64,000 bases of DNA from Octopus vulgaris (lineage: Eukaryota): contig OX597828.1 in NCBI GenBank assembly GCA_951406725.2, positions 25,172,001 through 25,236,000 of the forward strand. The letters are read 5' to 3'. The translations under genes and the position numbers were made by a program. Every line of letters begins with the position of its first letter. Within the stretch, counting starts at the first letter, position 1. The notes beneath the pieces were generated by a model, which worked only from the letters and a program-made list of their open reading frames with translations, ran no database searches and was not told the origin of the DNA. Below are positions 24,743 to 37,862 of the stretch, in pieces.

Positions 24743-24866
24743 ACTTAGCGGTTCGGCAAAAGAGACCGATAGAATAAGTACTGGGCTTACAAGTCGATTT
24801 GCTCGACTAAAGGCGGTGCTCCAGCATGGCCGCAGTCAAATGACTGAAACAAGTAAAAGATAAAGA
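24743..24866 (+). mobile_element. 3' fragment of the CORE-like SINE
   Basis: Near-identical to 17500-17632 with an internal deletion. Confidence 0.85.
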
Positions 24867-24982
24867 TATATATATATATATAATTAAAAATGAGTGTGTC
24901 TGAGAGACACCTTTGTACGGTATTTTTTCCCATGCTGGCCACTTGATAATATCGATATTTAACTATCGATATAATCCTCATT

Positions 24983-25033
<51 letters not shown>

Positions 25034-25995
25034 ATTATAGTCTTTATGTAATGTTGGACTACCATTGAAGCTTACTATGGATCAGATGTTTGGGTATGAC
25101 TTATAAAGCTAGTAAAATAGCGTAACAAATGGCACAAGCTTGACTTCCTAAGAGATACTACTTTTATGCTCACAGATACATCATGCACAATAACACAATC
25201 AGGAATATATCTCTTTTGCCTACATATTAGCAACAGAAAGGATGCAACATATCAAGATATCAACTTGATTTGAATGCTTCCAATAAGTGGATTGTACTGA
25301 AGGCATTTACTTACTGAAGGTCAGTTGCAATACTAAACTCAATAGCAGACTATTCCACTTTTCCTCTTACACCTCAAAAAAAAAAAAAGAACAAGTATAG
25401 TTCTTGTTAACCAAATCTCATATCCATGAGGCTTTTTTCACCTTTGTCCAAGGTACCATTCAGTGGGATCAAACTGAGAACTCTGTCATAACAAAGCAAA
25501 TTTCTGAACCAGAGAAACCATGATCATGCAGAATAATTAGAGAATGCACCGGATTTGTTGTGACATGGTGGGATATGACCCAGTGTTAATGATTGAGAAA
25601 TACCCAATGTGTGGATCTCAAAAGACATCAGCTCTTGTATGTAAGGGCAACGAATACAGAATATTAGAGACATTATCAGCTATCATTGTGATCATATGTG
25701 ATAGGAATAAGTGATGCATAAAATAAGTAATGATGAACGCTATTTGTGATAGTTATATTTAATAAGATGTGAGAAAATATCAGTTCATATCTGATAATGC
25801 TTGATCTCAGAAATATGTTCTCCAACATTGATAGATGATGTACTGCGGAGTCATCAACTCCAAACCATCCGCTAAATACACACACATTACCATACTATGA
25901 ACACACACATATAAACAATGTGTTAATATATGCATGTAGGTGTATGTGCACATACACTAACCAAAACACATGCATGCACCTATATATGTTCTGGA

Positions 25996-26226
25996 GGCGA
26001 GCTGGCAGAAACGTTAGCACGTCGGGCGAAATGCGTAGCCGTATTTCGTCTGATGCTAGGTTCTGAGTTCAAATTCCGCCGAGGTTGACTTTGCCTTTCA
26101 TCCTTTCGGGGTCGATAAATAAAGTACCAGTTTCGCACTGGGGTCAATGTAATCGACTTAATCCGTTGTCTGTCCTTGTTTGTCCCCTCTATGTTTAGCC
26201 CCTTGTGGGTAATAAAGAAATATATA
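25996..26226 (+). mobile_element. tRNA-derived SINE with Meta-domain-like core, tail type C, 15-bp TSD
   Basis: gagctggcagaa..gagttcaaattcc..gcctttcatcctttcggggtcgataaat..aataaagaaa. TSD tatatatgttctgga at 25981-25995 and 26227-26241. Confidence 0.9.
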
Positions 26227-26809
26227 TATATATGTTCTGGACAAATATGCATGTACCCATACATTTGTATACATGTACATGCATGCACACACACACACAC
26301 ATACATGCTCTTCCAGACATACACACACTGACATTTACACATATGCAAGGATGTACGTGCTTATGTACATGCACCCTAAATACATTTGTGCATGCAGCAG
26401 TTACTAGCACGCACATATTCACACCAACATCCAAACAATCATACATCTGGTACACACACACACACATACACTCACTCACTCACTCACTCACCAGCCTTAC
26501 TTCTGCTGGCCTCCAATCACTTAGATACAACCTGCTTCCTGTCTAGCCTCACAGTCCTAGAAATTTCCCTTTTCTAATATAAAAACACTGTTGCTTAACT
26601 GTCGATCTGACTTTGACAACACTATCTGACCCACCTTGACCAATAACAAGCCCATTTTCCAGTAACCATCTTGGACTTCTCATATTCCTCCATTCAGTCA
26701 TCTGAACCTGAATGAACTAGGTTTTTGCTAAAAGCTATGAAACTTTGTTGCATGGATCTGAAACAAATTGTTTTAGATAATGATAATAATAATAATGATA
26801 ATTTGTATG

Positions 26810-27010
26810 TATGTAATGTGTGCATGTGTTTTGCTCCCACCCCTATCACTACTTGACAACTGTAACCTAGCAGTTCAACTAAAGCTACCAGTAGAATAAG
26901 TGTACCAAACTTAAAAAGAAAAATATGTAGTGGGGCAATTTGTTTTAGTAAAACCCTTGAAGGCAGTGCTCAGCATAACTGCAGTTCAGTGACTGAAACA
27001 AGTAAAAAGA
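26810..27010 (+). mobile_element. Degenerate 3' half of the CORE-like SINE
   Basis: agaataagt..aggcagtgctcagcat..cagttcagtgactgaaacaagtaaaa. Confidence 0.65.
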
Positions 27011-27297
27011 TTTAAGATTAGTCAAATCATGTATGTCTATATATGCCTTTCATTACTTCAGGAGTTAACAAACTGGTACAACATATATCATTGGTCACTT
27101 CAATCAGCTAGGATTTTGGCCTTGCACAACCTAATTTCAGGGTGTTCGGCTTATGATCATAAGATAGTCGTTTTGATTCTTTTGACCAAGTGGCATGTCA
27201 TGTCCTTGAGTAATGCACATCATTTCATGTTCCAGTTAACTCAGCAGAAATTTAGTGCCCACCAATTACTGGTGCAGCCCTCTCCCTCTCCCAGCTG

Positions 27298-27712
27298 TCT
27301 CAGCATGGTTCTTGGTCTCAAGCATTTGTCTTATGAAGAAAGGCTGAAGACACCGCCGCCTTGGTGATCTCATTCTTGCTCACAACATCATAAGCGGAAA
27401 GTGTAACCTCTCGAAAGAGCTGTTCTTCACTCCTGCTCCAGAGCGTCGGCTGCGGGGTCACTCCGCAAAGCTCTATCTGTGACGATTTCATCTCAATTGA
27501 AGGAGAGGGGCTTTCTCCGTCTGGGTTGCGGATCCGTGGAATAAGCTGCCGGACGAGATAGTGAAGATGCTGACGACCGCTCGGTTAAAAGTCTCTCTTG
27601 ACCAGAAATGGCCTGAACTCTTTGTATGAACACCCTCCCTGTACATAACTCCATGTCCCCCTACATGGCCTTGCTTTTTGCTTTTTGAGCCAAAAAATTA
27701 ACTTAACTTAAC
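27298..27712 (+). mobile_element. CR1 LINE 3' end (different family) with (TTAAC)n tail
   Basis: Translates LKHLSYEERLK..RRLGDLI..RLRGHSAKL..FSVWVADPWNKLP, a classic CR1 C-terminus. Confidence 0.85.
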
Positions 27713-28104
27713 ATCCTAGATGTTCTACTGGGTGAAAGGTTAGAAGACTGAGCAGGTGCATAAGCAGGTTACTAGTTACCAGGTCATTCATGCTTGTGAA
27801 TGATAGTTGTGCGTATGTTTGGGGGTGTTTAGATTTACAAACGGGAGAAAGTGTGCATAAAGTTAATAGATGAACAACTTCACTTTCTTTTTTAAATGTA
27901 AATATAAATATGGACCCAAACCACAATGGCTTTTTTGATGTACATGGAGCTTTGGTTATGGTACATGGACTGATGAGGAATCAAGGAGTTCTGTGATGCA
28001 AAACTATTTCAGGAAACTAGTCAGCCACTTATTGCTTATAACAAGGAGGTAACAAGACACCTGAGAGTTTCTACAAGACAAGCTGTTGTGGATTACATGT
28101 ATTT

Positions 28105-28360
28105 ATAATAATAATAATAATGAAATTATTGTATACAGTGCTCAGGTGCACCACAACTTGTCAGAAAGTGCATATATAGTACATGCAGTAATGTAGAAAT
28201 GTCTGGAAAGCGAACAATGTATGAGTTAGATACATGCTTGTGTGTGTATGGAGGGGAGAAAATCAAGTGTAGTGTTGGCGAATCTCAGGAAGCATGGAAG
28301 TTTTGAAGGATGCAGTGCTCCGACAACTAACAACAATGAATGCGGTAAGATTCCAGCCAA
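28105..28360 (-). mobile_element. CR1-type LINE 3' end with (TTA)n tail
   Basis: WNLTAFIVVSCRSTASFKTSML matches the WN.LP..VV....SFK C-terminal motif. Confidence 0.6.
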
Positions 28361-30039
28361 ATAGAAAGTGACTTAGTAATGAAATGATATGGTAGAAAGG
28401 GCCATAAAAGCTGAGAGAATGCTTGTAAATAATGGGATAAAGTTGTGAATAACAAAGAATATCAGGCAATTAGGAGAAAAATGGAAAGAAGTTTGTTAAC
28501 GTTCTCCATTGTGAGGATTAGAAGCCTGAGGTGTTCTTGGTTGCAAAACAGTGTAACAGTTTAAATTGCAATGTTTGGTGAAAAATGTGTTCATAATGAT
28601 AGCTGTGCCCTTACTGATGCCAAATAAAGAGGCATGGGAATTTTACAAGTTGTTGAATGAGGACAATGTGTAGGTGAGTGTTGTATTATCTCAAGTTGAT
28701 CTGGTAGGGGCTGATTAGTGAAGCTGACAACTATATAATTGAAGTGCTCACTAGCTGCTATCTATGCCATATAAAGGTGGAGATAGCAGCTAGTCACTGA
28801 GCTAGTACAGAAAATATCAAGTGAAGTAGGATATGTGGTAGTTATTCAAAAGATATGGAGGTGAACTAACATATCTTTTTAGGAAAACCTAGGATAAGCT
28901 GAACCTATGGATTAAAGTAGTAGAAAGGTCAGGGAACTCCAAAAAATCCCTGATCTGTAGAACATATCCATTTGAAAGAATCCCCTATATGGATAGCAAC
29001 TGTATAAGTGTGTGGGATAAACCCACAAATAAACTGTAAAACTAAGAATGTAGTTTATAGCATAAAGTGTAACGAGGGACAGCGCAGAAACAGGACAACA
29101 TACATTGGAGAGACAGTGTAGGTGAGAGTGGATAAGGGAACACTGGTGGGAGCTCAAGGAAGAGAGAAGCTTGTCAGTGCTCTATCAACATGCTCAGTTA
29201 GAACATGAAGGCTCAGTTAATAACATAGATGTTATTATATTATTGACACATTGAACAGACATGACTCTTGGACAGGTTACGGAGGCCATGCACATAGTAG
29301 TAGATAGACCGAGCCTTAACAAAAAGGATGAATGGAATAACACCTCCTCACTCCACTATACTACACAACCTGACAACTGAAGATAGAATGAGAAGAAAAG
29401 GGACACACATACACGTAAAAAAGTTAATGTGAAAGAAGAAAATTAATATAAATAAAGACAGTGTAATAAGCAAACCTATATTCACATACACAAAATACAT
29501 GTACTTAACACATAGAGATACACACACAAATACAGATGCAAATACATGCGCAGATAAAGATACATACATAGAAAGACTAAATGGAATAAGCAAAACAAGA
29601 GGAGACACATGGGTTAGAGAGTTGCTGAAGAGGTCACATGATGTTTGATGAAAGAACTTTGACAAAGAAACTACTTTTTTTGCCAAAAATTTTGATAAAA
29701 ATCAGGGGTGCGAATTATCCCTTTGATGTCACAGGGATCTGAAGTAGACATTTTTCTTGTCAAGTTGATACTTGTTGATTTTTTTTTTTTTTTTTTGCTG
29801 AGTTGATTTAACAATTAGACTACTTTTCATAAAATCACTTCCGCAAAAATTAGGGTTAGGGTTTTGAAATAAAGATGAATATTTGATAAAATTTAACAAA
29901 TATTAGTTATATTTACATTAAAAAGGGCCATGTGACTCCCCAGATTATTGTGTGACCTATCTGTGAGTCAACCGCAAATACCTACTTTGAAATAAAAGCA
30001 AATCATCCTAAAAGCAATGTGTTAGCTTGCCATTTATCA

Positions 30040-30370
30040 TGACATCACCTCAATGTCCCTGATAATCATTTGAAGACAAGTAGTGAAGAGCTCTGGATTG
30101 ATAGTATCTACTTGTTTGATGTCCTTCCCAACTGGAACTTTTACAGGTGGTGACTGCAGAGGTGTACCGGCAGTACATTTTGATTCCAATTCCTTGAGAA
30201 ATTTTATGTATTTTAGCATGACTCCAGCATACATGGCTCACAATATATAGACTTCAGCACTACATCCACCTTGACACTATCAAAAACTTTCCATAATCTA
30301 TAAATATTACACAAAGAGGCAGCTTATACTTTTTCGCTATGTTAGAATAAATCTTTGGTCTATCTATCAT
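30040..30370 (-). mobile_element. Old RTE-type RT fragment (different family)
   Basis: YKLPLCVIFIDY..FDSV and GKDIKQVDTINPELFTTCL resemble the RT motifs FIDYEKAFDSV and KGVRQGDTISPKLF. Confidence 0.7.
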
Positions 30371-30399
30371 ACAGTAACTCTTCCCAACTGGAACTCCTG

Positions 30400-30645
30400 T
30401 GGAGTGTGTGTACCCTTGCTCTTGACGTCACATGATGGTTTTAAGCGAGCATCGTTGTCAAAGAAGCATCATTGCTTGTTTCCAGCCTTCCATGACAACA
30501 TGTCTGGTCATTGGGAAATAGCACCTCATTTGGAAACAGGTGAGAGTTAGCAGCAAGGAAGGGTATCTAGCCATAGAAAATGTACTTCAACAAATTTTGT
30601 GTGACCCATGCTAGCACGAAAAAGTGGATGTCAGATGATGATGAT
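30400..30645 (+). mobile_element. SINE-like 3' segment ending in the RTE tail
   Basis: ttggaaacaggtg..ggaagggtatctagc..cccatgctagcacgaaaaagtggatg..gatgatgatg. Related minus-strand copies at ~31330-31560, 31620-31735 and 33085-33290. Confidence 0.6.
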
Positions 30646-30672
30646 ATATGCATAGATGTGTATGTGTGTGTC

Positions 30673-30705
<33 letters not shown>

Positions 30706-32197
30706 GATAGATAGATGTTTATGTATCTTGCCTTGCTATAATTCTGCTTGTTTCTTTATCTCCACTTCAGTACAGTATTCTATCAAGGGAGAGAATTCAG
30801 TTATTCATTTGTCATATATATGTAACAAATATATCATATTATAAATGCTTAATGAGGTTGGAATATTTCTCTCTGAGCCAGTTTTCTACCATGGTCAGCT
30901 AGACATCCTATTTTGAAAAACTTACAGTTTATCAAACATCTGGTTTTAAATAGTGGAAAGTAAATGAGGAAGATGTACCATGATAAAATTTTTACGCAAA
31001 TATTTGAATACCTGTCAAAGTTTGATAATTGTTTTTACTCATATATAGTTATTTACAGTTTTGTTCCAGACATATTAATTATTTAAAAAAGAAAAAAAAT
31101 TGGTTTTGGCTTATTTTTCTGTGATCAATTAGTTTTAACTATTTAAACATTCAAAAATAAGATTATCAAGCTTCTTGATTGTAGAAATCCACTAACAAGG
31201 CTTTGATTGGCATAGGGCTATGGTAGAAGGCACTTGTGCCAAATAATGGTTGCACTGTGTGTGTGTGCATGTATGTAAAAAAATATATATGCATACATTA
31301 ATATGAATATGCATACTTATATATGTGTATATATCTTCACATGGGTCAAACAAAATTTATTGAGGCAGATTTTCTCCAGCCGATGAATGCCTTTGCTGTT
31401 GCCAGCATTCACCTGTTTTGAAGTAAGGTAATATTTCTCCTAGCCCTTTGAACACGAACAGCTTGATGGCCAGATTTGATTTCAAAGAAGGTAACAAGTG
31501 AATGACACCATGTTTATGATGGTGGCACTTGTTAACATCTTGGATGTGACTTGATCACATGCACTCATGTACACATACACAAAATACATGCTCTCCTATA
31601 CATACACACACACACACCATCATTATTTTAATGTCTATTTTCCTTGCTTGCATGAATCAGACAAGTGTATGTTGGGGCAGGGTTTTCTACAGCTGGATGC
31701 CTTTCCAGTTGCAAATACTGTTTCCAAATAAGGTAATGATCTTCAAGTCTATTAAACAACAAACAACTGGACATATTTATATAGAGACATGTACAACACG
31801 GAAATAACCCTTTGTTTGCGAAGGTTGTGTAACATGTTAAGACATGTCCAAGAAGCTCGGACATGTTCTCACAATATACTGCAAGCAAATGATATTGTTT
31901 GGGAAGCCATTGTTAATAGACAGTAAGGAAGCTGTATGCAAAAAAAGTGAAATCATTCACACACACACACACTCACTCACACATCTTTACATGTATGAGA
32001 TTCTTTCAGTTTCTGTTGACCAGATCTCCTCAAAGATTTGGTTTGCTCAGTGCTGAACCTGAAACCATATGTTTAGGAAGTAAACACCTTAATTACTTTG
32101 CCATATTTGTTCATATATATCGTTATCACCATTATTTTTAGTGTCCACTTAACTGTACTTGCATGGACCTGGCAATTCATGTGTGTATATATATATA

Positions 32198-33085
32198 TCA
32201 TCATCATTGTTTAATGTCCATTGTCCATGCTGGCATGTGTTGGACGGTTTGACCAGGGGCTGGCAAGCTGGAAGGCTGCGCCAGACTCCAGTCTGATTTG
32301 GCATGGTTTCTACAGCTGGATGCCCTTCCTATTGCCAACCATTCTGAGCACGTAATGGGTGCTTTTATGTGCCACCGACATGGGTGCCATTTTTGTGACA
32401 CTGGTATCTGCCATGACTGCAATTTTGCTTGGCTTCGTGGATCTACTCCTCAAGAACAACATAATGCCAAAGGTCTCGGTCATTGCCTCTATGAGGCCGA
32501 ACACTTGGAAGGAGCTCAGCCACTTTGCCTCTGTGAGACCCAATGCTCGGAAGGTGTTCTTTACATGCCACCAGCACGGGTGCCAGTTACGCGACACCAG
32601 CATCAACCACAACTATGATTTCACTTGGTTTGCTGAGTCTTCTCAAGCACAGCATATTGCCAAAAATCTCAATCACTAGTTATTGCCTCTGTGAGGCCTA
32701 AAATTTGAAGATCATGCTTCACTACCTCATTCCATGTCTTCCTGGGTCTACCTCTACCACAGGTTTCCTACATAGTTAGAGATTGGCACTTCTTTACACA
32801 GCTGTCCTCATCCATATGCATCACATGAACATACTAGCACTCATCTCTCTTGCACACCACATCTGATTTCTCTTATGCCTAACTTTTCTCTCAAGATGCT
32901 TACTCTGTTGAATATGCACACTGACATTGCACATCCGGCAAAGCATGCTGGCTTCATTTCTTTCAAGCCTACGCATTTCCTCAGCTGTTACTGCCCATAT
33001 TTCACTGCCATGTAGCATAGCTATTCACACACAGGCATCTTACAATCTGCCTTTCACTCTGAGTGAGAGGCCTTTTGTTGCCAGT
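32198..33085 (-). mobile_element. RTE-clade LINE 3' part
   Basis: MLHGSEIWAVTAEEMRRLERNEASML (ORF 32821-33018), shared 3'UTR and (CAT)n tail. Confidence 0.88.
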
Positions 33086-33863
33086 AACAATCTCCATGTT
33101 TGCATTGGGCCAGACAGGTTAATTTTCTATAGCTGAATGCCTTTCCTGTCACTAACCCATACCTGTTTCCAAGCAAAGTAATATTTCCCCAGGTCTGGCA
33201 TGTTTTTGCAGAATGAATGACACTGCTTTTAGGCTAGTAGCATTCATTCATTGTGTAATAGTGTCAAGACAAAGACACACAAACATATATACATTCTCTC
33301 TCTCCCTCACATATACATGTGCAGGCATCTCTTTGTGCTCAACTATGTGGTTTCATCATTCATCTTTAGTCATATTAAACTTGTACCAATAGTCATGTGT
33401 CTTACTATAACACCAGGCCCATAATACCTTGCAAAGGAATTTACTACACAGAAAATGTTGTAAAGCCTTCATCATATCTATGTGTTTGTTTGTGCAGGTT
33501 GATATTTTCTTTGTGACGCTTTGAATGAAGCAGGGATCATGTTTACAAACCATGTCATCACAGTTAGTCATTGTGTGTTTTTGAAGACTGGTTGTAGAAT
33601 TTTGAAAAACAGATTAAAGTGGGCAACAAGAAGAGCTTCCAACAGTAAAATCTTGCCTCAGATCAATCTCTCCCTAAGCCTATATATATATATATATATA
33701 TATATAGGTGAGAAAGTTGGTGTGTGAAAGCACGTGGTTGAATATATAGAAAATAGTAAAAAGTGAAAAAACTACAGAAGGCTTGTTTTAAAAGGTTAAA
33801 GAATATATATTTGAGTCATTATGTCAGAAGAATGTTATAAATTTTTTTCATACAGTGACATAG

Positions 33864-33914
33864 TTTTTGAAGAAATTACCGGTTTCGTATTTAACTTTTC
33901 AAATTTCTCAAAAC
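33864..33914 (-). ncRNA. Minimal type I hammerhead ribozyme with U3-A8 core variant
   Basis: Minus strand reads gttttgagaaat-TTGAAAA-gt[taaat]ac-GAAA-ccgg-TA-atttcttcaaaa: 11-bp stem I with one bulge and palindromic stem III ACCGGT. Confidence 0.6.
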
Positions 33915-34789
33915 ATTGTGTTATGATTTCGTTAAGAAGTGTAAAAAAGAGTTCCAGGTATATATATATGTGTGTGTGTGTGTAATAAAACATACACAGT
34001 ATTTAAATAAGAACTACAATAGTTTCTTGCTGTAGAAATATAATTTGGCTTGGCAACTTTATATAGCATTCCTCGTGTTTCCAAGCAATCCTTCAGCCTG
34101 TGCTGCTATTAGTAGCTCTTATTCAAATAATGTGTATATTGATATTTATCTCATTGGATGGAGTACATTTTTTGGTAAGTTATATATATATATACACACA
34201 CACATGCACACAATCACCATCATCATCATGTAACATTTGTCTTCATTGCTGGCATACTTAAATGAACCAATGTCTGCTTTGGAATGGTTTTTACTGTTAG
34301 ATGCTCTTCCTAATGCCAACCACTTAACCGTATCCTAGGTGCTATTTATTTGTTGCATTAGTGATTTTGCAGTGTGATTCACAAAACTGACATTCTCCCT
34401 CATATGAGTTGCTGTGTAGTTGAGAGGGAGGCAGATCTATGTCAGGTATTGAGAAGTACAGGAACAGGCTTCTTGCTGTAGATGAGATACATGGCTACAT
34501 CACTTAATATTAAAGTGAGTGGGAGTAATTGGAGTGGAGCTGGAAGAGATAAACATTGTGATGCTATGGCATCAGAGTGTGTTGTAAGGTACCAGACAGT
34601 GAATAGAAGAATTGTGGGACAGACGATTGGGGAGAATGGGTAAGTTGAGGTTACAAGAATAAGTAGGTGAGTGAGAGATGGTTTGAGTTGGTAGTAAGAG
34701 AGGGTGTGAAAGTATGCTGAATGTTGATCAAGGATGTAGCAGTGATTGATAGTAAAATATGGGGTGATGAAGGGGATGATTAGCAGTAC

Positions 34790-35475
34790 AGTAATAATAA
34801 TAATAATCCTTTCTACTATAGGCACAATGCCTGAAATTTTGGAGGAGCAGGGCTAGTCAATTACACCAATCCCAGTACTTGATGGTACTTATTCCAGCGA
34901 CCCTGAAAGAATGAAAAGCAAAGTCGACCTTGGTTGAATTTGAACGCAGAGCGTAAAGATGGATGAAATGCTTAGCACTTTTGACTGGCATGCTAATGAT
35001 TCTGCCAGCTTGCCACCTTTATAACAATAGTAATAATAATCCTTTCTACTATAGACACAAGGCATGAAATTTGGGCTAGTTAATTGCATCAACCCCAGTA
35101 CTCAACTGGTACTTCTTTTATTGAACCTGAAAGCATGACAGGCAAAGTTGACCTTGGAAGGATTTTGATCTCAGAATGTGAAGATGGATGAAATGCTACT
35201 AAGCATTTTCTCCAGCTTGCTAATGATTGTTGCAGCCGGTCACCTTAATAGTGATCCTATCTCCTATAGACACAAAGCATGAAATTTTGGTGGGAAGAGC
35301 TATTTGATTATAGTAACCTCAGTACTCAGCTGGTACGTCTTTTATTGCTCCCCCAAAGGATGTAAGGTAAAGCCGACCTTGGTAGCATTTGAACTCAGAA
35401 ACAAATGAAGCACCACTAAGAATTTTGTCCAGCATGCTAATGATTCTGCCAGCTCACCACCACAATAATAATAAT
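34790..35475 (-). mobile_element. Head-to-tail array of three Meta-like SINEs (tail type B) with TAA-rich linkers
   Basis: Units at about 34805-35017, 35040-35246 and 35255-35462, each ending near the tgccagct head motif (more degenerate in the middle copy). Confidence 0.85.
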
Positions 35476-35477
35476 AA

Positions 35478-36150
35478 TCTTTTCTTTATTCACCATTGAG
35501 GGTTTATATAAAAGACTAGGGATGGCACAGGACAATACAACACAAGAAGAGTGGTATTTAATTGCATAAGAAGGTAATATCAATAAAAATTATAATAAAT
35601 CCCCAAAAGAGGGAGGCTTCCAATGGCTGCTCATAGAAACCCTACAAAAACTATGATCACCCTGACCTAGGGCAAGTGCCCTCTCCACTTCATCTACCCT
35701 TGATCTAGAAGTGCCTGCTAGGCCCATTCACTCATGCCATTTGTGCTACAAATTGCTGGGAGGCAGCACATCCCTCTCTACTTTCACTTTCCTTTTCAAA
35801 TGAAACTTGAAAAAGTTGATGAGGGCTTGGCTAAAGAAGAAAGTCTCTCTCTTCAGCCCTTTCAACCTGGTCCACCATATAACCTCTTTCGTTAAGATCA
35901 CCAGACAAAAAAGCGCTACCGGCCCTTTCCAGCTGAAGGAAGGTGGCAGGGCGATCTTCACAATGGACTCAGCTGATAGCTGGATCCGTCCTATATATTG
36001 TGACAGCAGGTGTTCGACATAAACCCACAAGTCAGCAATGCTCAGGCACTGGACGAGAGTGTGCAGAACAGTTTTGTCATTTTACATGCACCTTGAGCAA
36101 GCCTGGCTGATAGTACTTCCATGTCCGTAGAATTTACCCAAATTGGCAAT
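35478..36150 (-). mobile_element. L1/Tx1-type LINE 3' end
   Basis: CSRC-x8-H-x4-C zinc knuckle (~36045-36100), then ORF 35746-36030 (KEVIWWTRLKGLK). The 3'UTR ends aataaagaaa. Confidence 0.75.
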
Positions 36151-37564
36151 GCCCAAGGCCAGGGATTTCTGATAATGATAATAATGATTTTGAATTTTGG
36201 GGGAGGGGTAAGTCAGTTACATCAACCCTCAGTTTTTGGTACTTATTTAATCAACCCTGAAAAGATGAAAGACAAAGTTGGAATAATTTTAATAATAATA
36301 ATAGTACAGTAGATAGGAGAGGGATGAGTACATGGTAGCTGGGTAAAGGTTGCAGAAGTGTGAGGGAGAGTGACAGATGTGTAGTGATAGTGAAAGGTGG
36401 TCATAGGTATATGGAAATGGTTCAGAGGAGAGGGTGAGGTAACTGGTAGGAAAAGAAAGGGTGATCAGTAGAAAATGTAACTGATATCAAGCTCTAGTTT
36501 CTTAACTAACAGGTTAATGTTTTAATGCTAGCTCTTGTGTAACATTTGTATAGATAGGTACAGAAACAAACAGTTGTGTGTTAACAAACAGCACAGTTAC
36601 ACTTTAGGATTTGGAAATACCTTGTGTATTTTTACACATGGTTTACGCACATCTTTACGTAAAGCTTTTTTTATTTTTGTATCAGTACCATTCATAAGCT
36701 TTGACTTTCTATTGGTGTCTAGCTCATAATTAGGTGAGTGTTTCTTGTGAGGATCCCCCCCCCCCCAAACAAGTGATAGTTATTAACATTAGTTCAAACA
36801 ATAAATAGATTAACCTTTAGTTCTTGATTGCTATCTTGTACTTTAGCATACTGAACTCTTCTAATGTGAATGTCCATAGAATAAAATCAATTCAAAATGG
36901 TTAATTGCTCTTTTGCATTATTAATGCTTTTATTTTTTTTTTTTATAGATTAAATAAATGTTAGCATAACCGGTAAAAATTTCATGTTAGATTTTTTATT
37001 TTCATTTCTGTACACTGTTTTAATGTTAATTTTTCTTATGAAACCTAGTTCATTTGTTTATAATCCCTACTTCATATCACTTAATTGGCCATACAGTAAA
37101 TCTTGACAACTTTTCCTTAGTGAAAATTGCTTTAAAATGATACCATGAATAGGCACAGCTCATTGTTATATTCAGTAAGAACATCTGTATAATATTCAAG
37201 TGTTTCTTCAGCTTGCAGTACTGGTTTCAAATTCTGTTAGCCTACAGATGGCATTAGTAAACCATTCTAGTAGACATTCTTCTTCCAGAGTATTGCTATA
37301 GGAAGATAAAATCTGTAATAAAGCCCCAATAACAGAAGTTATGGAGGGAAAGGAATTATTGCCATCTTCCGTTCCTGTTGTCCATTCTCTTTAGAGGAAC
37401 ATCTTTTTAGTAAATTTCTTGTACTTTTCACCAAAATTTAACTGATCCAACAGTTTATTGTAAATCCTTATTTTAGCTTTACTGCACATAATCTATGTGT
37501 ACAACCTCTGTTTTTTAAATAATGTATTAGTGCACAAATGACTGTTTGTTTCACACTTGCTTAA

Positions 37565-37862
37565 TTTGGGATTCAATGCCATTTGACACCTTGGGCAAGT
37601 GTTTTCTTCTATAACGTTGAACTGACTAATGCCTTGTGAATGAAATTTGGCAAATGGAAACTGCAGAAGACTGTCATATTTATATACATATGTGTGTCTA
37701 CTTTATGTTGGCACTGCTTAAAAACTGCTCTGTTTTGTTTATGTTATGTAACTTAGCATTTTGACAAATGGAGGTTGATAAGTACTACAGGTCATTATAA
37801 TCAACTATGCACTTCAAGACAGTGCCCCACCATGGCCTAATGATTGAAATAAGTAAAAGAAT
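37565..37862 (+). mobile_element. Degenerate CORE-like SINE
   Basis: accttgggcaagtgttttcttct..gccttgtgaatg..ccatggcctaatgattgaaataagtaaaaga. Confidence 0.7.

Noticed and set aside
27965-28015. CTGATGA hammerhead core (also at 13657, 27570 and 55426)
   Set aside because: No stem II plus GAAA plus UH arrangement follows, and 13657 is simply the YADD codons.
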